Assembly (NCBI RefSeq): GCF_030028105.1
Contig: NC_092383.1
Span: 50,428,961 to 50,492,960, forward strand
Source: Mobula birostris
Taxonomy: Eukaryota
Direction of reading: 5' to 3'
Length of the DNA: 64,000 bases
The translations under genes were made by a program, and so were the position numbers. This document shows, in pieces, positions 41,157 to 52,536 of the stretch. Numbering within the stretch: position 1 is the first letter of the stretch; each line of letters starts with the position of its first letter. A model generated the notes under the pieces. That model was not told the origin of the DNA and ran no database searches. It was given only the letters and a program-made list of their open reading frames with translations.

Positions 41157-41600
41157 CCTCATAACGTATGAGGAGCGTTTAATGGCTCTGGTCCTGTATT
41201 CGTTGGAGTTCGGAAGAATGAGGGGGTATTTCATTGAAATCTATCGAATATTAATAGGCCAAGATGGAGTGTACGTGGAGAGAATGTTTCCTCTAGTTGG
41301 GGAGTCTAGGGCGAAAGATCACAGCCTCAGAGTACAAGGTCGTTCCTTTAGTATAGAGATGAAGAGAAATTTCTTTAGCTAGAGGGTGGTGAATCTCTGC
41401 AATTCATTACTACAGACGGCTGTGTAGGCCAAGCCATTTGATATATTTAAATGGAGGTTGATAGTTTCTTGATTAGTGAGGCGTCAAGTGTTGCGGGGAG
41501 AAGGCAGGAGAATGGGTTGAAAAGGATTCAACCATGATGAAATGCCCGGGGCAAACGATGGGCCGAATGGTTGAATTCTTCTCCTACATCTTATGGTCTC
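41157..41600 (+). mobile_element. CR1 3' fragment
   Basis: LYSLEFGRMRG...EMKRNFFS plus 3' UTR. Confidence 0.85.
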
Positions 41601-41783
41601 TATACTAGGCAAGTACACACGTCTGCTCAGATGACGTTCCTTTTGATTTCAGAACTACAGGTGTACATTACAGTACAGGGTATTTGTTGAGATATTATTT
41701 TATGCTGAGAAGGTCTCTTTCTGTTCGTGAACATGTAGGAAAATAATTTTTATTTGCAATTGCGATAATTTCGAGGACTTTAC

Positions 41784-41810
41784 CTTGCTCTTTCGAATTT
41801 AATATTTCCT
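41784..41810 (-). CDS. 27-nt phase-1 micro-exon, EEILNSKEQ
   Basis: ttatgtttttctgatag|AGGAAATATTAAATTCGAAAGAGCAAG|gtaaag. Confidence 0.8.
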
Positions 41811-42514
41811 CTATCAGAAAAACATAAAATAACCAGGAAGACGGCCAATGAAAATACTGAAATTGCAGCATCGCATTCACGTTGCAGAATACATTACAAC
41901 AGTCAAACTAATAAACATGTTATTACTTAGTCTGAAATGACAAATGTTTAGTCGGTATGCAAAGGAAGAATGGGATTTTCAAATAGATAGCAATCGGTTC
42001 TTCCTCATTCCACCCCTGTTTACAGTCTGCTTACGTAATCTGCAATTATATTTCTCCTGAGGTCGATTTAACCAATTGTTGAAGAAGAACTGGCATTGAC
42101 ACATTTTCAAGAATATCTCCTCTGATGACGACGTCCTATATTAGTTATCGTGAAGTTCAAACGAATCAGATGAAGGAACGGAGCTAAGAATGAAATACGC
42201 TACAAAAGAAATAAGACAAGAAACAAGGAAAATATTGAAGTAAAAAAGAAGGAAGAACATAACGAAACGAAGCAAAGTCTGCAAAAACAAAGGAAAGGAG
42301 AGAAGGAAAAAAAAACACAAGGTAAAACAAACCTTTTCACGAAATCTTGCTCCCTAGTGATTGCACACTGCCATTCCAGAAGTAATACCAATTGTCCAGG
42401 GGTTTTTTCTCCACCTTTGTAGTAATCACCCCATGATAATTTGTTTATTGAAACACAGCGCCCTTTCGGCCCTTCGAGGCCACCACTCAGCCATCCCTCG
42501 ATCACGGGAAAACT

Positions 42515-42676
42515 TAACAATGACCAATTAACCTACTAACTCTACGTTTTGGGACTTAGGGAGGAAACAGGGGTACCCGGAGAAAACCCATGCGGAGAAC
42601 GTACATGTAGCAGTGGAAATTGAACCCAGGTCGCTGGTATTGTATAGCGTTGTGCTAACCATACGCTACCGTGTCC
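42515..42676 (-). mobile_element. tRNA-derived V-SINE-like (HE1-like) element
   Basis: A-box-like tagcgtatggtt, B-box-like gggttcaattt, core gggttttctccggg..gtttcctccc. A related fragment is on + at about 50600-50790. Confidence 0.65.
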
Positions 42677-42902
42677 TGCGATCTTTGTCCACATTAGCAG
42701 ATTATTATTTTCTTTAGCCAGTATTCCCTTCGTCATTGCATTTCCCATGCCAGATTTTAATGCTTACTGCATTAGCCCTAAAGTGTTTCTTTTTAGGGAA
42801 TCTGTTCACTTTTCAAAATACTACTTTGGTTTCTGCCTTGTTGTATTAAGAATGCCTTTGACGATCACTCAAATAAATAAAGAAACGTGTTCATTCTCTC
42901 AC

Positions 42903-42938
42903 CCAACTTGTTCACTTTCTTTGAAATATCTTCCTTTT
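42903..42938 (-). CDS. 36-nt phase-1 micro-exon, EKEDISKKVNKL
   Basis: atcttcaattccag|AAAAGGAAGATATTTCAAAGAAAGTGAACAAGTTGG|gtgaga. Confidence 0.75.
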
Positions 42939-43154
42939 CTGGAATTGAAGATCCGTTGTTGAGACTATAGAAGATTGTTTAACAACTTTGGCCACTGAGG
43001 TACCCTGTACAACTGCTTGTTCATGCAAATATCTAATCAGTCAATTACGTGGCAGCAACTCAATGCATTGAAGTCCGCGGACACGGTCAAGAGATTCAGT
43101 TGTTGTTCAGACTAAACATCAAAATATCGAACAAATGTGGTCTAAGTGACTTTA

Positions 43155-45370
43155 GACTGTAAGACATAGGAGCAGAATTAGGCCTTTCAACCCATCGACT
43201 CTCTTTTGCCATTCCATCATGGCTGATGCAGGATCCTACTCAAACCCATACACCTACCTTCACGCCATATCCTTTGATCAGGAAACAATCAAATTCTACC
43301 TTAAATGTAAGCACAAACTTGGCCTCCACTGCAGTCTGTGACAGAGTATTCCACAGATATACTATTCTCTGGCTAAAAAAGTCCTCCTTACCTCTGTTCT
43401 AAAGGGTCACCCCTCAATTTTGAGGCTGCGGATACCCCCACCATAGGAAATATCCTCTCCACGTTCACCACATCTAGACCTCTCAACATTTGATATGTTT
43501 CAATGACATCTCCCCGCATTCTTCTAAATTCCAGTGAGTACAGGCCCACAGTTGCCAAACGCTCCTCATATATTAACTCCTTCATTCCCGGAATCATTTT
43601 CGTGAACTTCCTCTGGACCCTCTCCAATGACTACACATCCTTTCTGAGTTGGGGGATCAAAACTGTTGACAATACTCTAAGTGCGGCCTGACACGTGTCT
43701 TATAAAGGATCAGCATTATCACCTTGCTTTTATATTCTATTACCCTTGAAATAAATGCCAATATTGAATTCGCCTTCTTCACCACATTCTCAACCTGTAA
43801 ATTAACCAACTGGGAGACTTGCACGAGGACTCTTAAGTCCCTCTGCACCTCTGAGGTCCTTCTGCTAAAATTCATGATGATGCATTTCCCAAAACTGTAT
43901 TCCGTCTGCCACTTTTTGTCCGTTCTTCCAATTTGTCTACATCCTGCAGAAATCGCACTGCTTCATCAGCACGACCTACCCCTCCACCTATCTTCGTATT
44001 ATCTGGAACCTTTGCCACAAAACCATCAATTCCACTATCTAGATTAGGTATAGAGGAGATGTCAGGGGTAAGTTTTTTAAGGCAGAGAGTGGTGAGTGCA
44101 TTGCTGCTTGCGAAGGTGTTAGAGGCGGATACGATAGGGTCTTTTAAGAGACTTCTGACAGGTACATGGAGATCAGAAAAATAGAGGGCTATGGGTAACC
44201 GTGAGTAATTTCTAAGGTAAGGACATGTTCGGCACAGCTTTGTGGGCCGAAGGGCCTGTATTGTACCGTAGGTTTTCTACGTTTCTATGTTTCTAGATCA
44301 TTGAAAAACGATGTGAAAAGTTACGGTCCAAATACTGACCTCTGAGGAACACCACTGGTCATTGGCAGCCAACCAGAAAAGGCCCCCTTTATTCCCGCTC
44401 GCTGCCTGCTGTCTCTCAGCTATTCTCTTATCCATGCCAGTGTATTTCCAGTAACATCACAGGATTTTATCTTGTTATGCAGCCTCATGCGTGGCACCTT
44501 ATCAAACGTCTTCTGAAAATCCAAGTAAATGACATCCACCTCCTTTTCCTCGTCCACTCTGCTTGTTACTTCCTCAAAGAACTGTAATAGATTTGTCAGG
44601 CAAGAATTCCCCTTACAGAAACCATACCGACTTTGACTTATTTTATCATTAGTTTCCAAGTTCCCTGAAACCTCATCCTTAATAATCTAGTCCAACACTT
44701 TTCGAACTATTTAGGTTAGGCTAACTGGCCTATAATTTCCTTCCTTTTGCCTTCCGCCCTTATTAAAGAGTGGAAGGACATTTGCAGTCTTCCAGTCCTC
44801 TGGGACCTTGCCAGAGGCAAGTGATTTTTGAAAGATCATGACAAATTCAACCGGTATCTCTTCTGCAACCTCCATCAGGACTCTGGGATGTAGGCCATCT
44901 GGTCCAGATGACTTATCCACCTTAAGACCTATCAGCTTGCCTCGCACCTTTTGCTCTCTAACAACAATGGCACCTACACCTACTCCCTGACACTTACGGA
45001 TCTCTGGCACAATGCTAGTGTCTTCCACTGTGAAGACAAATGCAAACTATTAACCATTAAGTTCATTTGCATTTCTTTGTCGCCCACTACTACCTCACCA
45101 ACATCATTTTCCAGTGGTCCAATATCAACTCTCTCTTCCCTTTTACTCTTTATGTAACTGAAAAAAAAACTTTCGGTATCCTGCTTTATATTATTGGCTA
45201 GTCTGCCCTCATATTGCATGTTTTCCCTTCTTATAGCTTTTTAGTTGCCTTTTGTTGGATTTTTAAAGTTTCCCAATCACCCAGCTTCCCACTCATTTTT
45301 GCTACCTTATATGACTTTCTTACAGGCCCATAGGCTTTTATGCACGTTTTTAACTTCCTTTATCAGCCAC
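43155..45370 (-). mobile_element. Degenerate CR1 with a nested + strand CR1 3' end (44045-44291)
   Basis: RT motifs in ORFs 43388-45219; nested piece has a (tttctatg)n tail and TSD tctagat at 44038-44044 and 44292-44298. Confidence 0.85.
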
Positions 45371-45559
45371 AGTTGAACTGTCTCGGCCCGAAACCTCGAA
45401 CTTTTTTTCTTTTCCTGACCAGCTGAGTTCGGTCAGCATTTTTTTGTGTGTTGCACTGAATCTCCAGCATCTGCAGAATCATGCTCATGAACATCTGAAT
45501 GTAGCCATTTATACATTAATATGCATCTACATTTCTCAACTCAAGCAATCAGCATTCAC

Positions 45560-45589
45560 CATGATTCCCTCTTTCCTCATTTATGATTT
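45560..45589 (-). CDS. 30-nt phase-1 micro-exon, EIINEERGNH
   Basis: ggttcatttaatag|AAATCATAAATGAGGAAAGAGGGAATCATG|gtgaat; moderate splice sites. Confidence 0.55.
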
Positions 45590-45713
45590 CTATTAAATGA
45601 ACCTCTCCTATAAGCTTCGAAGTTTTCGTGTGCTGGGGACTTTTAAATAATTCTCACACGTTTGGTTAAGCTGTTTTAAAGAATGCTCTGATAGATTTAT
45701 TAACTTTATTTAT

Positions 45714-46185
45714 TAGAGTGTTACCTGGGTTTTATCACCTAAGTTACAGAGAAAGGTTGAACAAGTTGAGTCTTTATTCTCTGGAACGTAGAAGGTTGAG
45801 GGGAGACTTGATAGAGGTATTTAAAATTATTAGGGAGATAGATAGAGTTGTTATGGATAGGCTTTTTCCATTGAGAGTGGGGGAGATTCAAACAAGAGGA
45901 CATGAGTTGAGAGTTAAAAGGCAAAAGTTTAGGGAAAACATGAGGGGGAACTTCCTTACTCATGAGTGGTAGCTGTGCGGAAAGAGCTTCCAGCAGAAGT
46001 GGTTGAGACAGGTTTAATGTTGTCGTTTAAAGTTAAATTGGACAGCTATATGGACATGAAAGTAATGGAGGGTTATGGGCTGAGTGCAGGTCGGTGGGAC
46101 TAGGTGAGAGTAAGAGTTCGGCACGGATTAGAAGGGCCGAGATGGCCTGTTTCCGTGCTGTAATTGTTATATAGTTATATAGTTA
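45714..46185 (+). mobile_element. CR1 3' fragment
   Basis: LSYRERLNKL..GDLIEVFKI; (ttatatag)n tail. Confidence 0.9.
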
Positions 46186-47815
46186 TTTGTTTTCCACCAC
46201 TTAAGTAGAGAATGTTACCACGTACAAAGTTCTTTGTAGTAAATATATTCCCCCCCCCAACATCTTTATTTCTTAAAGATGGGAAAATAACCCAGCGTAG
46301 CTGTCTATTCTCGATATCTAAAGTATTCATTTGCTGATGAATATAGTTTAGACGCCATGGGAGCAACGCACACATGCAACTGTAGAAACGTGAGCAAAAA
46401 AAAGGACACATAAAACTAGGGTCCTTTCAATGGAAAAAGGAAAAGAAAAAGAAAAGATTAATGAATTTGTTTGAAATTCTAGAGATGGGAAAGAAGAAAA
46501 ATTTGTTCTTAACAGCAGAAAAACATTAGTCTAAGAAGCTATCCCACTAATGCATAAGAATATTGTTGAAACCTATTTCAAAAATGTTGATATATGAAAG
46601 AGTTGAAAAGAAGAGGAAGACTGACATGAACACCTGTGGCAATTGCAGAAGGAATTCGATTCGATGGTTGGTTCCATTTGAGAACTTGCAATCTAAATTG
46701 GATCAACTAGCATATAGTGATATAGAAATGACACAACAGTAAAACAACAATCATTTAATCTGACATTCAACATGCACGTACGCTCAATGATATATTATTA
46801 TTATATATCGCTTGATATATCGCTTAGAAGTCACTCAAAGCACGAGTACTCGTGAAGCACAGCTGATGATATTGGAGCATTTTGCGAATAACGTTTACAG
46901 TACTTTTGGCTGTTTATTTTAGTCTGGCATGACATAAGTGGAAAATACATGCACTAGGTAAATTGTTAATTAGAAGTAGTTGAAACAGAGGCACCGATAA
47001 CTAACAATCTAAATTCGCTGTTCCAGGTACAATCACATGTTGTTAGCGCATTGTCTATCGATTGACGCGACTATGGAATGTGGACCTTGTTATCTCAGAG
47101 ACCTTGCTTCGTGAGAACAACTGTTACAGGATGAAATAATTTGCCTGCCTGAAACACTTTAATACAATAATATCTGCAGCTTTGGTTTTCAAGGTTGACT
47201 GTACCTTTGGATATCCTGACGACACATCTACATTAATATCTGCAAATTGAGAAACTTCGCCTCCAAACAGATGAGCTGAGGGCAAATCCAGAAAGGTAAA
47301 GGGGCAGTACAGGCAGAATAACAAAATGAACCCGCCAGGAAGATGCAATGAATAGAAGACATTGCTCCAATTGGAATCAGACCAAGGATAAATGGTGCAA
47401 GGCCATTATCGAAGGCTCACGCAAAATTTATCATAAATCAGCGAATTAACCACATAACTATATATAGGTGCAATAGAATAGAATTTGACAAATCTTATGG
47501 CCAAATGGCATCGTTATGAGTTAGGCATTTTAGGGTACATATTTATATAAGATGATATGTAAAATGACAAAAAAAGACAAGGTCTTAAAACATAGGTACA
47601 TGAGCAAGTAGTTCGAGTCTTCGTGCCTGCTGTTCGATAGGATTATGTGTTGTTATGTAATGGGTTGCCAAGGATTTGTCTGAAAATAGGCTACAGATAA
47701 GCCATTCTGGTGTACATCCGTGTTCACTACCAATATCTGTTTCCAATAAAATCTCTTTCTGCTCATATTTACGGCAAGTTCGTGATAATGGAGCATCTAA
47801 TTGAATCGACATTAC

Positions 47816-47842
47816 CCGCTTCTGTCAAAAACTGTTTATCCT
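47816..47842 (-). CDS. 27-nt phase-1 micro-exon, EDKQFLTEA
   Basis: ccctacttatatccatgtag|AGGATAAACAGTTTTTGACAGAAGCGG|gtaatg. Confidence 0.72.
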
Positions 47843-48045
47843 CTACATGGATATAAGTAGGGAATAGTTATGCTCAGTTCCAGCAACTCAATCATAATCA
47901 TATCAAGATAACAAAAATCAAAGAACTTTTACCGAGCTTCTTTGTTTATTCCAAAGTTTATTGTTAGAATTTGAAGTACAGAAAACAGAAAATACAGATC
48001 AACTCTGACAATTTCTGCATCTATTCTTGCGATTTTCATTTTTAC

Positions 48046-48057
48046 CTGGTAATAGTT
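48046..48057 (-). CDS. Candidate 12-nt phase-1 micro-exon, ELLP (weak)
   Basis: ttgataatttaccag|AACTATTACCAG|gtaaaa. Confidence 0.35.
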
Positions 48058-48356
48058 CTGGTAAATTATCAATATATAAGAAGCAGAAACATTCAACTTC
48101 TATTGAACTTATGTAGTTCATAAATTGCCTGAAGGCACGAGGTCAAAGAGATTGTCGGACGGATGGATGGGTATTTGGCAATGCTGGGAGTCCCTGTGCA
48201 TGGGCACTTCTAATATATGTCCTGAATGGGGTGGGGGAGAACTCGATCATCATTTAGGTTCACATTAAACTATTGAGTGCAAGGTAACTATATGAACTGA
48301 ATGATAAATCTCATTGTTGAGGGGCACAATATTGTTTCCATTATGTAAGTATTTAC

Positions 48357-48383
48357 CTGCAGCTTTAAGTTTTTCTTCAAATA
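48357..48383 (-). CDS. 27-nt phase-1 micro-exon, VFEEKLKAA
   Basis: ttattttttataaattgcag|TATTTGAAGAAAAACTTAAAGCTGCAG|gtaaat. Confidence 0.8.
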
Positions 48384-49423
48384 CTGCAATTTATAAAAAA
48401 TAAAGAAACAAGTGTCGGTGTTAAGTCTAAAACGTGTTAAATAAAGCCAACAGGGATCAATACATTAAACATTATTACCGGGAGGAATAATAATAAATGT
48501 ATTGTCGTGATGGCAATACAAAACAGTATTATAAAAAATCCAAAATTGAATATAATATAAATAACAGCGCCAATAATACCCGACATTAATAACCGTGCAA
48601 ATAATATTAACAAGAAGGATAACACTAAATCCATGCAATAAAATATAATTAATCGTACTACCGTTAATGGTAATAACGGTGGCATAGATTTCATTGGCAG
48701 GGTCTAAGCCATTGCACAATTACATGCGTGGCTACCGCCAATAACCTTTACGCCAGGTATTTCACGTAGCTATTTGCAGAGAATGTGTAAGTTGTCTAAC
48801 AGAAAATAGGAAGGAAAATGAAACAGAGAGATTTGGAACAAAATTTAACGTGCTTGGAGTCATCAACAGTGTTATGCTATCCCTGCACTTTACTGCAAAA
48901 ATTTAGAATAACCGCAAATGCTGGCAATCTAAAATAAAAACAGAAAATGCTGGAAATGCTTAGTAGGACAGGATGCAACTGCAAAAGAAGAAACAAGCCT
49001 TCTCACGCTCGATCAAATGCCTCCACTTTTAGTTTCCACATCGCTCCACCTGTCTCGTATAATTTTTACTGTTTGTCTACCTCCATCTACGAACCACTTC
49101 ACTTTCTTTCATTTCCATACTAGTCCTCTCTCCTACCTGACACAATGCTCCATTACATTTCACCGTTTCACCGCCTGCCTCCCCCGCCCAGTTTCACCAG
49201 TTTTCTCAAGCTGCGATCTAATCCACCCCTGCACCGAGACAGTATATCAAGCAGAAATTACGACTCCCTTCACCATTAATAATGCTATTTATGCAATTGA
49301 TGGTATCTTATTTTACCGACAGACACTGTTTCCTTGAAGTTCCACAGAGAAATATTATAATTGGGCTTTATTTCTGTTATGGTATCAAATGTCAATAGTA
49401 ATTCTCGGAATTTCGTACAAGCA

Positions 49424-50175
49424 CGTCCAGCCCCTGTGAGGGATACTGACTCGGAGGATGATGACTGGGATAGTTGGTACATTCTGCTGTTCGCTGATGC
49501 TACGGCGATGGAGGAAAAGACTCCTGCCCTTTCCCCCACTGGATTAGTGAGGGGTTTCCGCCAGAGAAAGCAGGATCTCCCAGTGGCCACACATTTTAAT
49601 TCCACGTCCCATTCCCATTCCGATTGTCTATCCACGGCCTCCTCTACTGTCAAGATGAAGCCACACTCAAGTTGGAGGAACAACACCTTATTTCGTCTCC
49701 AACCTGATGGCGTGAATACTGACTTCTCTAACTTCCGTTAATGCCCCTCCTCCCCTTCACACCCCATCCCTTATTTATGTATGTATGTATGTATTTATTT
49801 ATTTATTTAATATACTGTTTTAAATATATTTTTTTATTTTTTCCCCTTTTCTTTCTCTCTCTCTTTTTTCTCCCTCTGTCCCTCTCAGTATAGCTCCTTG
49901 ACTGCTTTCCACCCTCCGGGATCTCCTCCCCCCTTCTCTTTCTCCCCAGGCTTCCCGTCCTATGATCCTCTTCCTTCTCCAGCTCTTAGCTCCATCCCGC
50001 CCTCTCCTGTCTTCTCCTATCATTTCGAATCTCCTTCTCCCCCTCCCACTTTCAAATCTCTTACTAGCTCTTCTTTCAGTTAGTCCTGACGAAGGGTCCC
50101 GGCCCGAAGCGTCGCCTGTACCTCTTCCTAGAGAATGCTGCCTGGCCTGCTGCGTTCACTTGACATGCGATGTCG
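49424..50175 (+). mobile_element. Gypsy fragment (about 49424-49556) fused to a Penelope 3' fragment (about 49557-50175)
   Basis: PAPVRDTDSEDDDW matches 54300-54420 inverted; RQRKQDLPVATHFN matches the Penelope GIY-YIG end near 55280. Confidence 0.85.
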
Positions 50176-50439
50176 TCAGGTTTTAATGCAGCCCCACTTT
50201 CACAACTGTCATTTAATGAATTGTTTTTTTGTGTTACCAACCACTAGAATTTTATTTTCGTTGGAACGCCAGCCGGATAAGGAAAGGACAGCTGATTAGC
50301 CGTCTATCATTTGTCTTTACTGATGGAAGATGTAGACGATCCCTTTCGATGAGTAAGGAGATGGGAAGTTTACTGAATATGCAGAGGAATAGCATGTTAT
50401 TCGTGCAATGTGCTCGATTACATCAACAGCAAGGATTAC

Positions 50440-50466
50440 CTTTGATTTTCTGAATGCATTGTCCAT
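50440..50466 (-). CDS. 27-nt phase-1 micro-exon, DGQCIQKIK
   Basis: aattgtcgtaaacag|ATGGACAATGCATTCAGAAAATCAAAG|gtaatc. Confidence 0.68.
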
Positions 50467-51534
50467 CTGTTTACGACAATTTCCATAAATAAATAGACAG
50501 AATACTGACAATTAAACTCAAACTTCCGTATTTCCATATTTCCCCCGTAATTATACTTAATTTGATGATTTTTATAAACTTGGTCTTATTCAATGAAGTC
50601 TGCGGTTAGAATGGCGGAGATCTGAGTTCAATGCCCGCGTCCTCTGCAGGGAGTCTCTGAAAGTCGACCTCTCCGTAGAATGTGTGGATTTTCTTCAGGT
50701 GCTCCGGTTTCCTCCCGCAGTCAAAAGCCGTACTAGCTAATAGGTTAATTAGTCATTCTAAATGATCAGGCAACGATTACATCGGGGTTGTCGGGATAAA
50801 TGAAAAATAACAGAGAAATGGCCAGCAGATCAGTCTGTACCCATTACGAGAAAGAAAACAAAAAACTGAGGCGCTATCACTTCTGAGTTAATGCAGTCAC
50901 CTTCCGCCTTGTTGGGCATAGTCTGTAGGAACGGGTCTCTCCACTTCAACAGTCATTCAATTTCAATAATATAAGTAATCAAGGCTTATACTCAGTCCAT
51001 GGTTTCATGTTTCTTCGCTATTTTAGTGGAGGAAATTATAGACAGCTTTTCTGCCCTCTGTTATTAGTTATCCTAGGGAAACTCTTATAACTGTTCTTGG
51101 ATAGTGCTTACTACATTTGAATCCAGATGATCCAGGTTTACCTCAAAGCATAATTTAAAGCATTCATCCTGCAGACGAGTTTATTTAATGAATCAGCACT
51201 GGGTCAATGTTCCGGTACTGACCAGTTGGGGTATCAGAATTTACCAGCATCTTAGAGTAATTGCAAAAGCTGCGTATTAATTCATTTCATTAGAGAATAA
51301 TCGGGATGAACAAATGTAATCTTATTTAGGAACTATTTGATGGCGAATAATTATTCATCGGGTGTTGATTGTGAAAGATAATATTCTGCAACATACACTG
51401 CATGGACTACACTGTGACTGAAAATTGCAATTTCCGGAGAGCAATTTAGGACTCGACGCTATGGGCGTTGATTGCGCAGCTGAGTTGAGTTATCTCTTCC
51501 ATGAGAGATGGTCATTCCCAATCTAACCTCTCAC

Positions 51535-51570
51535 CTGCATCGTCCAATTGGTTCTTCATTTTGCTAAGTT
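51535..51570 (-). CDS. 36-nt phase-1 micro-exon, ELSKMKNQLDDA
   Basis: tgtgtttttcctcag|AACTTAGCAAAATGAAGAACCAATTGGACGATGCAG|gtgaga. Confidence 0.82.
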
Positions 51571-51919
51571 CTGAGGAAAAACACAATGATAACACAGTTG
51601 AAGTATGGTACTGGAAGTAATTCAGGCGAATATTGCACTCTTTTATAAATCTTTTATGGATCAGGCCGATTTCAGATTGTTAAAGTATTTTATAAAGGAA
51701 ACTGAGAAACATATCGCTCTGGTTTAAATAAATCCGGCAAGCTCAGCATGCGCTTCTGAAAGAAAGCAAGATAAGGGGGGGGAAAAAAAACTGGAGTTAC
51801 TTTTATGATGTAATGGATATAGTAGATAAGAGAGAAATCCCGCGTGTGTGGTGAATTTGGACCTTTATAACGTTCTGATAATGTGCCTCACGAGAACTGA
51901 GTGGGCTCAAGTAGATAAC

Positions 51920-52536
51920 ATGAGTTGAGTATAGGAGCAAAGAGGTCCTTCTGGGCCCTGGTGAGACCAAACCTGGAGTATTGTGTTCAATTTTGATCTC
52001 CAAATTTGAGGAAGGACATTCTAGCTATTGAGGGAGTGCAGCGTAGGTTCACGAGGTTAATTTCCGGGATGGCGGGACTGTCATATCTTGAAAGATTGGA
52101 GCGACTGGGTTTGTATACACTGGAATTTAGAAGGATGAGAGGGGATCTGATTGAAACTTATAAGATTACTAATGGATTGGACATGCTAGAGGCAGGAAAC
52201 AAGTTCCCGATGTTGGGGGAGTCCAGAACTAGAGGCCACAGTTTAAGAATAAGGGGTAGACCATTCAGAACGGAGTTGAGGAAAAACTTTTTCACACAGA
52301 GGGTTGTGGATCTGTGGAATACTCTGCCTCAGAAGGCAGTGAGGCCAATTCTCTGGATTCTTTCAAGAAAGAGTTAGATAGCGTTCTTAAAGATAGCAGA
52401 GTGAAGGGATATGGGGAGAAGGCAGGAAAAGGGTACTGATTGTGGATGATCAGCCATCATCACAGTGAATGGCGGTGCTGGCTCGAAGGGCTGAATGGCC
52501 TACTCCTGCACCTATTGTCTATTGTCTATTGTCTAT
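51920..52536 (+). mobile_element. Young CR1 3' fragment, same subfamily as 18473-22720
   Basis: ORF 52006-52377; (ctattgt)n tail. Confidence 0.92.

Noticed and set aside
47205-47239. 35-nt candidate with good acceptor (DINVDVSSGYPK)
   Set aside because: Not a multiple of 3 and would shift downstream exons into stop-containing phase 0; cannot be fully excluded.
47773-47796. 24-nt exon candidate DAPLSRTC
   Set aside because: Only 19 nt from the better exon 47816-47842, too short for an intron; poor acceptor.
50901-50922. 22-nt AG/GT-bounded candidate
   Set aside because: Breaks frame, and I found no consistent compensating exon.
3634-51570. Naming the micro-exon gene as TRDN, BG or a butyrophilin
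   Set aside because: Only the architecture is similar; no Ig, B30.2 or recognisable triadin sequence is in the window.
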